IMG/VR virus record: IMGVR_UViG_3300009785_000024
Source: an uncultured virus (IMG/VR IMGVR_UViG_3300009785_000024)
Lineage: Duplodnaviria; Heunggongvirae; Uroviricota; Caudoviricetes
DNA: 64,000 bases
Reading direction: 5' to 3' (one strand)
In this document: positions 49,183 to 57,919 of the stretch, piece by piece
Numbering within the stretch: position 1 is the stretch's first letter
How the letters are laid out: the number at the start of each line of letters is the position of its first letter
Translations under genes and position numbers: made by a program
The notes under the pieces: generated by a model
Told to the model about the DNA's origin: nothing
Seen by the model: only the letters and a program-made list of their open reading frames with translations
Databases searched by the model: none

Positions 49183-50143
49183 ATCTAAAACTATAAGTAT
49201 CTAACAGATACCTATATCCATTGCAACCATCTTTTAGAGTTTTAACATATCTATAGTGTTCAGTTAAACATCTACCTAAATATTCACACTTACGACATAT
49301 ATCAGAAATATCTTGTTCTTTCTCTTTTTGACACCATACTTCGTAATCAGCAAAACTATCAAGTTCTAAAAAATACTCATTATCATCTTTATCAAAATCT
49401 AATACAGCAAATTTACCATTAGGTGTAATATATAAGTGGTCATCACTATATGCGTTGTATTGATGATTAAGAGAATCTTTTATGTTCTCTTCATTAATAA
49501 ATGCAAATTTATTTTGCTGATATCCTTCTCTTGTTTTTACACTTTTAAATTCTTCTATCATCTTTATTATAAAGTCTTCAAAGTCAGCGTGTGTCGCACC
49601 TAATTGATTTGCTTGATTTGTACTATAAGGTTTAATTTCAAATCCTTTAAAGTTTTTATTATCTACACCTAATTTAATCATCTTTGACCAAATACTTTGT
49701 GTTGATATTTTCATAACTTCTGGTGTTGCCAACATTAAAACAGAAAACTCAACAGGCAAAGTTCTCATATTATCATAAACTTGTTCGTGTTTCTCTCTGG
49801 TCTCCATATCATAACTAACACTTATAAAATAATCAGGATTCATAAACTCACTTCTTACCATAGATAAGTTTGTGTTTATATTAATCTTGTCTTTGTAATA
49901 TATCTTAATTGCGTTAGTAATCTTTTCTAGGTTGTCTTCTTTTAATACACCTATCTCACCACCATATAAATCAATGTGTTCTATGTCTCTATGAGTTTGT
50001 ACTTCATTTAATAGTTCACTTAATTTAAAGTGGTCAATACATTTATTATCACCTAATTGGTCAGGCGTAAGATAACACCAATTACATCTAAAATTACAAA
50101 AATAAGATGGATTGATTGATAGATTAATTTTCCGCTTCGTCAT
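49172..50143 (-). CDS. Radical SAM protein with reduced SPASM-like C-terminus
   Basis: CNFRCNWC, YGGE, NTNLS; C-terminal CRKC-x5-C-x3-H...C. Confidence 0.9.
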   Translation of the reverse strand: MTKRKINLSINPSYFCNFRCNWCYLTPDQLGDNKCIDHFKLSELLNEVQTHRDIEHIDLYGGEIGVLKEDNLEKITNAIKIYYKDKININTNLSMVRSEFMNPDYFISVSYDMETREKHEQVYDNMRTLPVEFSVLMLATPEVMKISTQSIWSKMIKLGVDNKNFKGFEIKPYSTNQANQLGATHADFEDFIIKMIEEFKSVKTREGYQQNKFAFINEENIKDSLNHQYNAYSDDHLYITPNGKFAVLDFDKDDNEYFLELDSFADYEVWCQKEKEQDISDICRKCEYLGRCLTEHYRYVKTLKDGCNGYRYLLDTYSFRYGK

Positions 50144-50684
50144 AATTCAATTCCTCAATAGACTTTAATAACATTCTTTTACTTCTACTAAACAAAATAT
50201 TTCTTAAAATTGTTTCTTTTTCAAATAGTCCTATCCATAGATAATGATAGTCAATATGATTTCTCATAAACAATCTATTCAGTTCAGCATACTCTTGTTC
50301 TTTATCTAAAGTGTAATCTACTCGTTCTAATAGTTCACCCTTTACATTTGCTTGTTGTTCTTTTATTTTATATGATATACCAGATATATGTTTTGTTTTA
50401 TTAATGATATCTGTTATTCTATCTAATTTGTTTTTACCACCTAACGCCAACATTATATAAAATGGCATATGGTGTTTCTTTGTAAAATGTCCTTCGCAAC
50501 TTGATATTGGAAGAAAACCTTTTCTAATAAATTCATGGCAATGAGGTAATACACCTTTCTCAACTTCAATGTCAAAGTCTTTGTCAAATGGACTTACTGA
50601 TAGAGCTAGATACCCATTTGAATAATCTAAATCTTGTTCTTGTGAGGCGTGTATTCTGCCGTTTTCAAATTTTTTATTTTTCAT
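50124..50684 (-). CDS. Hypothetical protein with SSCEGH motif
   Basis: G..PISSCEGH, weakly reminiscent of the TYW3-like SSC.G motif. Confidence 0.55.
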   Translation of the reverse strand: MKNKKFENGRIHASQEQDLDYSNGYLALSVSPFDKDFDIEVEKGVLPHCHEFIRKGFLPISSCEGHFTKKHHMPFYIMLALGGKNKLDRITDIINKTKHISGISYKIKEQQANVKGELLERVDYTLDKEQEYAELNRLFMRNHIDYHYLWIGLFEKETILRNILFSRSKRMLLKSIEELNYDEAEN

Positions 50685-51226
50685 ATATTATAATTAAAAC
50701 ATCCTACAATTCGTTCATTGTTAATTAATTTAAATTTACCAACTTTGTGTTCCCATACTTTACTATGATTTAAAAATATTAAATCGTTCTTACCTGGATA
50801 TAACCAACAAGACAATGACTTTGTTTGTTTATGTCTTACTGATAAAGAACCACCTTGTTCTTCATTACAGGCATTTGTAAAGTACATTAGTATAGCAATG
50901 TTAGCTCCTTCTTTCAAGTCATTGTGCCATAGTGTACTTTCATAGTCTACACCATTGACAATGTTTGGTCGTCCGTGTAATTCGTATTTACTAGACACCT
51001 TACTAATATATTTATCACCCAAATATTTGTGGGTTGTGGCGAGTGCGTGTGCTACCTTTTCAGTATGTACAGCAATCGTATACTCTTTATCTGTTTCTAC
51101 AAAAGGTATTTGTATACCTTCAAAGAATTTAAATGGTGCAAGGTCTTTATGTGGCCACACTCCATTTATTACCAGATTTGATAAATCGTGTTCACCCCTC
51201 ACTTGTCCATCTCCATTTAATTGCAA
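50681..51226 (-). CDS. 2OG-Fe(II) oxygenase
   Basis: WHND..ILMY..GG.L..HKV..ER; the true start may be GTG at 51202. Confidence 0.75.
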   Translation of the reverse strand: MQLNGDGQVRGEHDLSNLVINGVWPHKDLAPFKFFEGIQIPFVETDKEYTIAVHTEKVAHALATTHKYLGDKYISKVSSKYELHGRPNIVNGVDYESTLWHNDLKEGANIAILMYFTNACNEEQGGSLSVRHKQTKSLSCWLYPGKNDLIFLNHSKVWEHKVGKFKLINNERIVGCFNYNI

Positions 51227-51656
51227 GTCTTGTCTTTTCTCCCCAATAAGGCATTGCCCTATGTACTAAATGAGAGTCCATAATAAACATTGCGTTTTGT
51301 CTAAAGTCATATGTCTTATCTTCAACTTGTATTTGTCCACCTTTATTTAAATCACCTTGTAGATATAATATAATAGTCTTCTCTCCTTTTACATCGCTGT
51401 CTGTATGAAAACCTATAATATTCTTTTCTTCGTTTTTACTATTTACAGAAATAACATATCTAACAATACAATGTTTTATGTCAGGTACATTTAATTTACA
51501 AATACTATCTACCCAATCCCAGTCGTCTGGTAATTTCTTGTGAACATTCTTCTCATAGATAGGATATTCTTTACCTAGATTACCTAGTTCAGCAATCATA
51601 TGATTGAGTTCTAAACTTGTCATTACATTATTCTTAACTAACATATTCTCTCTCAT
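51192..51656 (-). CDS. 2OG-Fe(II) oxygenase
   Basis: FHTD..TIILYL..GG..HRA..R. Confidence 0.78.
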   Translation of the reverse strand: MRENMLVKNNVMTSLELNHMIAELGNLGKEYPIYEKNVHKKLPDDWDWVDSICKLNVPDIKHCIVRYVISVNSKNEEKNIIGFHTDSDVKGEKTIILYLQGDLNKGGQIQVEDKTYDFRQNAMFIMDSHLVHRAMPYWGEKTRLAIKWRWTSEG

Positions 51657-52728
51657 AAGGTGTCATTTCTATATGTGATTTATTATTTGCAATCAAAATA
51701 TCTTTTCCAATTCTTTTCATCTTCTCACAATGTTTCTCTACAACTCCTGCCTCTTTATAATCTTTCACGGTCTTTCTACAACCATTACATATGTTAAACA
51801 TAGGACAACTATAGCAACTTTTCTTCATTGTAGATAAATTTAAGTCATCTTGTAAAGGTGTAAAAAACTTACCTTTCATTTCTTCTTCAAAGTCTATCGC
51901 TTTGTCTTTATCATCACCAAATGCACCACAACTATAGTAGTCACCATCTGGTTGTAAACATCTTATACCTTCATCACATTTTCTACTTAACGGACAACTT
52001 GTAGCAGTATCATTTATTGCTAACATCATCTGTCTAGTATTAAACTCCCAAGGTGCTAGACCTGCCTTATAAATCTCTACATACTTCTCATATATATCTG
52101 ATAACAAAAACGGCTCTTTTTGTTCGCCACTTGCCATTGCATAATTCAATTTACATTCTACACCTGTCTTCTCTTCTCTCCAGAAGTTATGTAATGTGCC
52201 TTCAGGTATTTTCTGTTCAGACATCTTCTTTGCAAGTTCAACATTCTTTATTGCGTTGTGTTCATTCTCTCTTGTAATAACGGATATAAAGTCTGGTCTA
52301 TAACCACAATGTTCTAACATTGCGTCTGAACACTTATAAAAGTCCTCTTCTGTAAATTCAGAATAGTCACCTTTTAATCTACCACCACCATATTGAAAAG
52401 AAGTTGTGATACCAACTCTTTCGTTATTAAATAAGTCAACCCACTTACTAGGTTTCTTATAGAACGGCCATAAGTTTGTCGTTAATGCAAGTGAAGTAGT
52501 ATATTCTCTTTCGTCTAACCAATCAATAATCTTCCAATAGTAATTAGGTTCCATCATTAATGGGTCACCACCATTTACTATGATTGTTTTTGTTTCTGGG
52601 AATCTTTCTAAAAAACGAAATATCTGGTCATGTTTTAACCAGTTCTTTTTCTCATCTGTAAGCTGCGTACTAGAACAAAATGAGCATTTGAAATTACAAA
52701 GTTCAGTAGGTTTAATTATTAAATCCAT
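51634..52728 (-). CDS. Radical SAM/SPASM protein
   Basis: IKPTELCNFKCSFC, GGDPL; C..C..PDG.YYSC and CYSC-x5-C-x2-C...C. Confidence 0.92.
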   Translation of the reverse strand: MDLIIKPTELCNFKCSFCSSTQLTDEKKNWLKHDQIFRFLERFPETKTIIVNGGDPLMMEPNYYWKIIDWLDEREYTTSLALTTNLWPFYKKPSKWVDLFNNERVGITTSFQYGGGRLKGDYSEFTEEDFYKCSDAMLEHCGYRPDFISVITRENEHNAIKNVELAKKMSEQKIPEGTLHNFWREEKTGVECKLNYAMASGEQKEPFLLSDIYEKYVEIYKAGLAPWEFNTRQMMLAINDTATSCPLSRKCDEGIRCLQPDGDYYSCGAFGDDKDKAIDFEEEMKGKFFTPLQDDLNLSTMKKSCYSCPMFNICNGCRKTVKDYKEAGVVEKHCEKMKRIGKDILIANNKSHIEMTPYEREYVS

Positions 52729-53378
52729 TTTCCTATCCAGTTCAATCCTGTAGTAGATTCTTTATTTCTAATCCAGTAATCTTTTAGTTTACCTTCTTTA
52801 ACTTTGTCAAAACCAAACTGCCACATTATTTCTCTATGATATGGTTCTTTCTGTGCTCTCATTTGATTCATTGTCAGGTGTAACCAATCAAAGTAAGTAC
52901 CAGACGGACATAATATATCTCTACCTTTAAATATGTTTATCGTATCACACCACATTTGTCTAATTAGTTTTCTGTTTTCTGTTGGAGGTCTGTTCTTCAT
53001 GTATCCTGCATATTTTAAAGAACCGACTATAACATACTCATTATAGATATGAAACATACCTACGCCCTTAATATAAGTGCTAGGCGTACCATTTTGAACC
53101 CATTGTCTCTCGCCTTTTGTTTTTTGTGCAATCTCGTATAGTTCAGGATCCTCTTCTTTCTTGCCTAACCATAAAAACATATGTGCTCGTCTACCATCTA
53201 TTCTAGGAAGATATGGTTTCTCAACAGGAAAGTAATCTAGTTGTACTTCGATATGTTTAGGAAAATTATAGCCTAATTTAGTTTGCGATATAGTTTCGCT
53301 GTACTCGTACATCTTCGATATATCGGTGCGTAAGCTTGTAAACACATTCATCCAACTCCTCCTTGTATCTATAATCAT
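52719..53378 (-). CDS. Hypothetical protein (start possibly 53312)
   Basis: Long ORF coupled to flanking radical SAM genes; no recognisable motif. Confidence 0.6.
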   Translation of the reverse strand: MIIDTRRSWMNVFTSLRTDISKMYEYSETISQTKLGYNFPKHIEVQLDYFPVEKPYLPRIDGRRAHMFLWLGKKEEDPELYEIAQKTKGERQWVQNGTPSTYIKGVGMFHIYNEYVIVGSLKYAGYMKNRPPTENRKLIRQMWCDTINIFKGRDILCPSGTYFDWLHLTMNQMRAQKEPYHREIMWQFGFDKVKEGKLKDYWIRNKESTTGLNWIGKWI

Positions 53379-54330
53379 GGTTCATAAAACAGCCAAGTGT
53401 ACATCTATCTAAAAATTCACAACTACTACAATTATACTTCTCTAGGAAAGAGTTTTCTATTATACTATTGTCTCTTGGTTTAATGGGCGACTTGTATTGA
53501 CTTATATCTTGTTCTTCTTGTACAAGGTTACCACATTGACATAATGTACCATCTGCTAATACAAGTTTTGAAACTCTACAACTTGCATAATTCTTTTTGT
53601 TAAATATCCAATCTCTAACAGGATGAACATTAGGATATTTGTCAACACAATGTTTAAAAAACTTTAATAATAGTTCATCGCCAGGCATATTAAACTTTGC
53701 GTGTTCATCTGGCATATAATAATCAAAGTAAATATACTTACCTTGTTTATACAGATAGTCAAAGTATTCATCACCTTCATTTAAATAAAAGTTAATATTA
53801 GGCTTTGTAAGTAAACAAGAAAAACAGGTTACTTCATCACCCCAAAATTCTACATTAGATTTAAATATCTCAAAGTCTTTTTTATTAAATCTACCTCGTG
53901 GGTCATAACTTGTTGTAAGTCTACTAGGTATATCTTCTTCTCTGGACCAAGTGAGTAAGTCCATAATAAGTTCATTACCTTCATCTGAGGTAACCAAGTT
54001 AGACACCCAATTGATTGAAAATTCTTTATTGTGTTTTTGACATATCTTTTTTATGCCTTTTACTAGAAGTTTATATCCGTCATTTAAATCTTTGTTATAG
54101 ATTGCAGGTGCAAAGACTTCGCCACCCATAATATTAAAGGTGACCTTCATATACATTTCTTTTGAGATAAATTTTTCTATAGAAGGAAGTTTGTCAACCA
54201 CATTATCAACACCGATTTTATTGTCGTGGTTCTGCCAACAGAAATTACAACGCAAATTACAAAATTCAAATAAATGAATAGTGTACTCTTGCTCTGGGTC
54301 TCTTTTGGGGTCTATTAAAAACTCTCGCAT
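53278..54330 (-). CDS. Radical SAM/SPASM protein
   Basis: CNLRCNFC, MGGE; ASC..DG..CQC and CSSC-x5-C-x3-C...C. Confidence 0.92.
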   Translation of the reverse strand: MREFLIDPKRDPEQEYTIHLFEFCNLRCNFCWQNHDNKIGVDNVVDKLPSIEKFISKEMYMKVTFNIMGGEVFAPAIYNKDLNDGYKLLVKGIKKICQKHNKEFSINWVSNLVTSDEGNELIMDLLTWSREEDIPSRLTTSYDPRGRFNKKDFEIFKSNVEFWGDEVTCFSCLLTKPNINFYLNEGDEYFDYLYKQGKYIYFDYYMPDEHAKFNMPGDELLLKFFKHCVDKYPNVHPVRDWIFNKKNYASCRVSKLVLADGTLCQCGNLVQEEQDISQYKSPIKPRDNSIIENSFLEKYNCSSCEFLDRCTLGCFMNHDYRYKEELDECVYKLTHRYIEDVRVQRNYIAN

Positions 54331-54338
54331 TTAAACTC

Positions 54339-55454
54339 CTATGAGTTTGCGAATAGTCTGTATTTTCCTAGTTTGTCTGTATCGTTAGATTTCTTTAATG
54401 AGAAGAGATATTGTAAAAATGTATAATTAATATTTCCAATATCAAATCTAGGAATAAAAGATAGACTAGATGGACTATTCACGGTTTCAGTTATAATTGT
54501 ATCAAAGTCAGTAGAAGATAAACTTGAAGCACAAGCTTTATCTAAATGGTTCATAAAGTAATCAGGATCCGGAGAGTTTTGGAAATCATATAGGTCTTTA
54601 ATTAATGCTTTCAATGCAGTTTGTTTGTCTGTTGAAAGACCGTCAATGTTTGCAATATTTACAGCACCTACATTTGCAGTAGGTTTTTGCGTAAATACAT
54701 CTTCGTCAGCAAATGGTGCTAATGGTGTAATACCTGAAAATGGATTGTCATTATTTAAATCAACATCATCACTAGTATAACCTAATGCAGTTTGTTGATT
54801 AGTATTCAAAAGATTTAGAGCAGCACCTTCTCTACTATCTGTTAATACTTCTTTATAAAATCTTTTTAAGAATAAATGCCAAGTAGACAATAAGTTTGCT
54901 TGGTGAGTATCAGCACCTGCAAAGTATTCGCCTAATAATAATTCAATTGAGAAATTTAAATTAAGAGCTTTAATTCTATCTAAATCAAGTGTAGGTAATA
55001 CATTAAAATATCCTGCAACATCTCCTAGACCAGCATTAATTTTTGTTAGCGCTAGCGTGTGAGTAGGTTGCAATTGTGTATTTGCAATAATTTTTTCGTG
55101 GTGTAAATTAATATCTAAAAACTTCTGTACTGCTGTTTGGTCAACAAATGGTAACATAGTTTTTAACCAGGTTACTGATAAGTTTAAGTATGCTTCACTA
55201 TCGCAGTAAATAATAACTTTGGTACCTAGAGTACTTTGTTTTAATTTTACATCTTCAAAGAAACCAGTTAAGTCAGTATACTTACCTGCCATTGCATTAA
55301 CATTGTGTGAATAGTTAATTAAAGTTCCTCTGTATGTAGTTTGCAGTTCCTGGTGCATTTCATTACCAGTTTCTGCTGATATTACATATCTGTTTGTATG
55401 ACAATCAATTGAATCGTCAAACGCTAAATAGACTTTATTAAATAAGTGTAGCAT
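54339..55454 (-). CDS. Hypothetical protein of the radical SAM cluster
   Basis: 371-aa ORF in operon order; no confident motif (KVIIYCD). Confidence 0.65.
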   Translation of the reverse strand: MLHLFNKVYLAFDDSIDCHTNRYVISAETGNEMHQELQTTYRGTLINYSHNVNAMAGKYTDLTGFFEDVKLKQSTLGTKVIIYCDSEAYLNLSVTWLKTMLPFVDQTAVQKFLDINLHHEKIIANTQLQPTHTLALTKINAGLGDVAGYFNVLPTLDLDRIKALNLNFSIELLLGEYFAGADTHQANLLSTWHLFLKRFYKEVLTDSREGAALNLLNTNQQTALGYTSDDVDLNNDNPFSGITPLAPFADEDVFTQKPTANVGAVNIANIDGLSTDKQTALKALIKDLYDFQNSPDPDYFMNHLDKACASSLSSTDFDTIITETVNSPSSLSFIPRFDIGNINYTFLQYLFSLKKSNDTDKLGKYRLFANS

Positions 55455-55455
55455 A

Positions 55456-56121
55456 TTAGTTTTTCTCTTTACCTTTTAAATATTCTTTTGTATCAAATTT
55501 ACCTTCGGCAATTGCCCAAGTCATTAAGAATAGTGGATTACTTTCTGTCGCCCAATATTCAAATAAAGATTTACCTTTAAACATATAATCTTTAAAGTAC
55601 TTCGTATAGTTCTTAACAATACCTTCTTTTTGTATTTGATAATAACTATAAAATTCTTTGTGTTTTAATAATGAAACAAAGTTAATACCTCTAACATCTT
55701 CTGTCTCGTCTTTAGGATAACTCTCAACAAATTCATTAAAAGCACCTTCACCAACGATTGACATATTATACAATGGTAGACTTTCTAATTTGCCTTCCCA
55801 CTTGTCAAGTATTTCTTTGTTCTTTTCTATAACACTCTTATATTTATCTGTCTTTGACAACCCCTTGTGTTCAAATAATACAGCGATTATTTCTTTTTCT
55901 AATTTAGGTATATTTACTAACATTTGTGTGTTAAGATATTCACTAATTAGTTCTTCGTCCATATTTAATATATCACAAGGTATATCTAAATTACTTAAAT
56001 AGGTTAGAAACTGAGCACCTTTTAATGTGCTGTTTTCGTAATCAATAAGATAACTTTCTGTCTTATCTTCAAAGTATTTTTTTAAGTCTTTCAATTCAAT
56101 CGGTACAATAGTATTAATCAT
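55456..56121 (-). CDS. Hypothetical protein of the radical SAM cluster
   Basis: Start overlaps the stop of the candidate precursor gene (TAATG). Confidence 0.65.
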   Translation of the reverse strand: MINTIVPIELKDLKKYFEDKTESYLIDYENSTLKGAQFLTYLSNLDIPCDILNMDEELISEYLNTQMLVNIPKLEKEIIAVLFEHKGLSKTDKYKSVIEKNKEILDKWEGKLESLPLYNMSIVGEGAFNEFVESYPKDETEDVRGINFVSLLKHKEFYSYYQIQKEGIVKNYTKYFKDYMFKGKSLFEYWATESNPLFLMTWAIAEGKFDTKEYLKGKEKN

Positions 56122-56894
56122 TATCTTCTTCCTCTACTTCCGTGACAACTACTATGACAGCTACTATGACATATAGTTTTTGTTAATGTATAAGTGTTAC
56201 CTCTTTCAGTAGAATATGCGTTTGCAAGGCTCGACATAAACGATTCTAAATTTGTATCGTCAATTGTTTGACCAGATTGTAAACTACTAGGTTGTGATGG
56301 ATTTAATGTTGTTCTTTGTGCAGTTGTTAAGTGTGCAATTTGTGTATCCGAATATTGTGTTCCTGCACCTGTCATACTAACTATAGCGTATGTATTTTTG
56401 ATATTAGTATAATTATTCATTTCTGCTTTTAGTGTACCGTAAATATTGTTTGCAGTAATTACTGAACCTGCATTACCGATATTAGAACCTGTGATACCAA
56501 TTGATACAGCACTTATTACTGCTAAAGTATTAACCGTACCTACAGCACCTGAAGAAGTGCCTGATATAATATCGTTTTGTAAGAATCCTGTTTGACCAGC
56601 ACCTGGATTAATTGTTCTTAATTTTAATACATTGCTAGAATAACTAACTACGATACCAGTTGTTGCAGTTATCGTAGAGTTAACCGTTTCACCTGCTGTA
56701 TAAGTTCCAGTCACACCTGTTAGTGTTAATTCAAATCCGTCAACAACACCACCAAAATCAGCAGAAGTAAATGAAGAGTGTCCTGGTAGATTATCAGTAC
56801 CCCATACAATATGGTGGTCTGCTACATCTGTTACCAGTTCTTCAAATCTATCAACTATATTTTGACTTGTTATCGGGTTGTTTAAAGTTACCAT
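56121..56894 (-). CDS. Virion-like protein with C-terminal (CHxS)3-RGRR tail; candidate radical SAM substrate
   Basis: T/S/G-rich body with a tail-type module (YTAGETV...ATTG.V; F...D.I.G.SSGA.GTV); ends TKTICHSSCHSSCHGSRGRR. Confidence 0.8.
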   Translation of the reverse strand: MVTLNNPITSQNIVDRFEELVTDVADHHIVWGTDNLPGHSSFTSADFGGVVDGFELTLTGVTGTYTAGETVNSTITATTGIVVSYSSNVLKLRTINPGAGQTGFLQNDIISGTSSGAVGTVNTLAVISAVSIGITGSNIGNAGSVITANNIYGTLKAEMNNYTNIKNTYAIVSMTGAGTQYSDTQIAHLTTAQRTTLNPSQPSSLQSGQTIDDTNLESFMSSLANAYSTERGNTYTLTKTICHSSCHSSCHGSRGRR

Positions 56895-57919
56895 TTCGCC
56901 TCACTTTGTTTTTTTAAGTGTTTCATAAGAGATTTAGGAGCGCCACATATGTCGTCTTGCCATGCTAATTGGTGACAATCGCCACCACAATACTTAAATA
57001 CTTCACACTCAAAGCATTTAGGATTTCTTGCTACTTCACAAGCAACATTTTCTAATCTCTTAGGACTATTTATAAGTTCTACTAGAGGGTCATCTATAGT
57101 TCCAAAATTAAACTCGGGAGCTGCATTAGGACAACCACCTATTGTGCCAGTTGCGTTAAGTGTAAATAGTTTTTGTTCACAATCTCGGCAGAAAGTGCCT
57201 TCTTTTGTTGAACCAGTATCAAATTTTGAGTAAATTGTTTCAAAAAACTCATTATCAAACCAATCTCTTGTGTTATACTGAATAGATTGCTCGTGCATTT
57301 TTAAAAACCACTTATCTTGTTCTATATTTCTAGGAAATATTTCTGGATGCAAGTTTGCATTACCATTTCCAGTCAATCTTTCAAGTGCCATTTCTTTTAC
57401 ACCTAAATCTTTGACCCATTTAAGTAATTCAATAGGTTCAATTCTAATTGTGTCTTTGGTTACTGATATGAAGAGTTTAATATCAACACCTTCACTAATT
57501 AAAGTCTCTACATTCTTACGCCATAAGTTTGCTTGTTTCTCATTTGCAAATCTTATGTTAGGATCCCAACTAGTTCCACATCTATTTTTAAGTGGACCTT
57601 TAATGAAGTCAATGTGTTCTTGTTTTAGTTTAAATGTTAAGTTAGAAGTTATGCCCATTGATTGTTGAATCCACAAATCTTTTGTGTTCTCATAGACATA
57701 TTGCATTTCAGACACAGGAACTAAAAACGGTTCGCCACCGTGTAGTTCTAAATGTGCTGTATCGTGTTTGTGAAAATTGTATTTTCTGAAATCTTGTAAC
57801 CACTTAATGGTTTTATCTGGATTCCAATAGACTTTAGGACCATTTGAACCTGAAGTAAAACAATGTTTACAATTCAAGTTGCAGGTTTCGGTTGTTTTTA
57901 AATAAAACATCCAATTCAT
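56888..57919 (-). CDS. Radical SAM/SPASM protein
   Basis: KTTETCNLNCKHC, HGGEPFL; CRDC..G.IGGC and CFEC-x5-C-x3-C...C. Likely start MNWMFY (TAATG overlap). Confidence 0.93.
   Translation of the reverse strand: MNWMFYLKTTETCNLNCKHCFTSGSNGPKVYWNPDKTIKWLQDFRKYNFHKHDTAHLELHGGEPFLVPVSEMQYVYENTKDLWIQQSMGITSNLTFKLKQEHIDFIKGPLKNRCGTSWDPNIRFANEKQANLWRKNVETLISEGVDIKLFISVTKDTIRIEPIELLKWVKDLGVKEMALERLTGNGNANLHPEIFPRNIEQDKWFLKMHEQSIQYNTRDWFDNEFFETIYSKFDTGSTKEGTFCRDCEQKLFTLNATGTIGGCPNAAPEFNFGTIDDPLVELINSPKRLENVACEVARNPKCFECEVFKYCGGDCHQLAWQDDICGAPKSLMKHLKKQSEAKW

Noticed and set aside
49172..57919. Radical SAM genes as QueE, NrdG, MoaA or heme-pathway (HemN/Ahb/NirJ) enzymes
   Set aside because: No queuosine, anaerobic RNR or Moco partner genes here, and SPASM-type Cys patterns plus an adjacent Cys/His-repeat protein fit peptide maturases better. 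Not formally excluded without a search.
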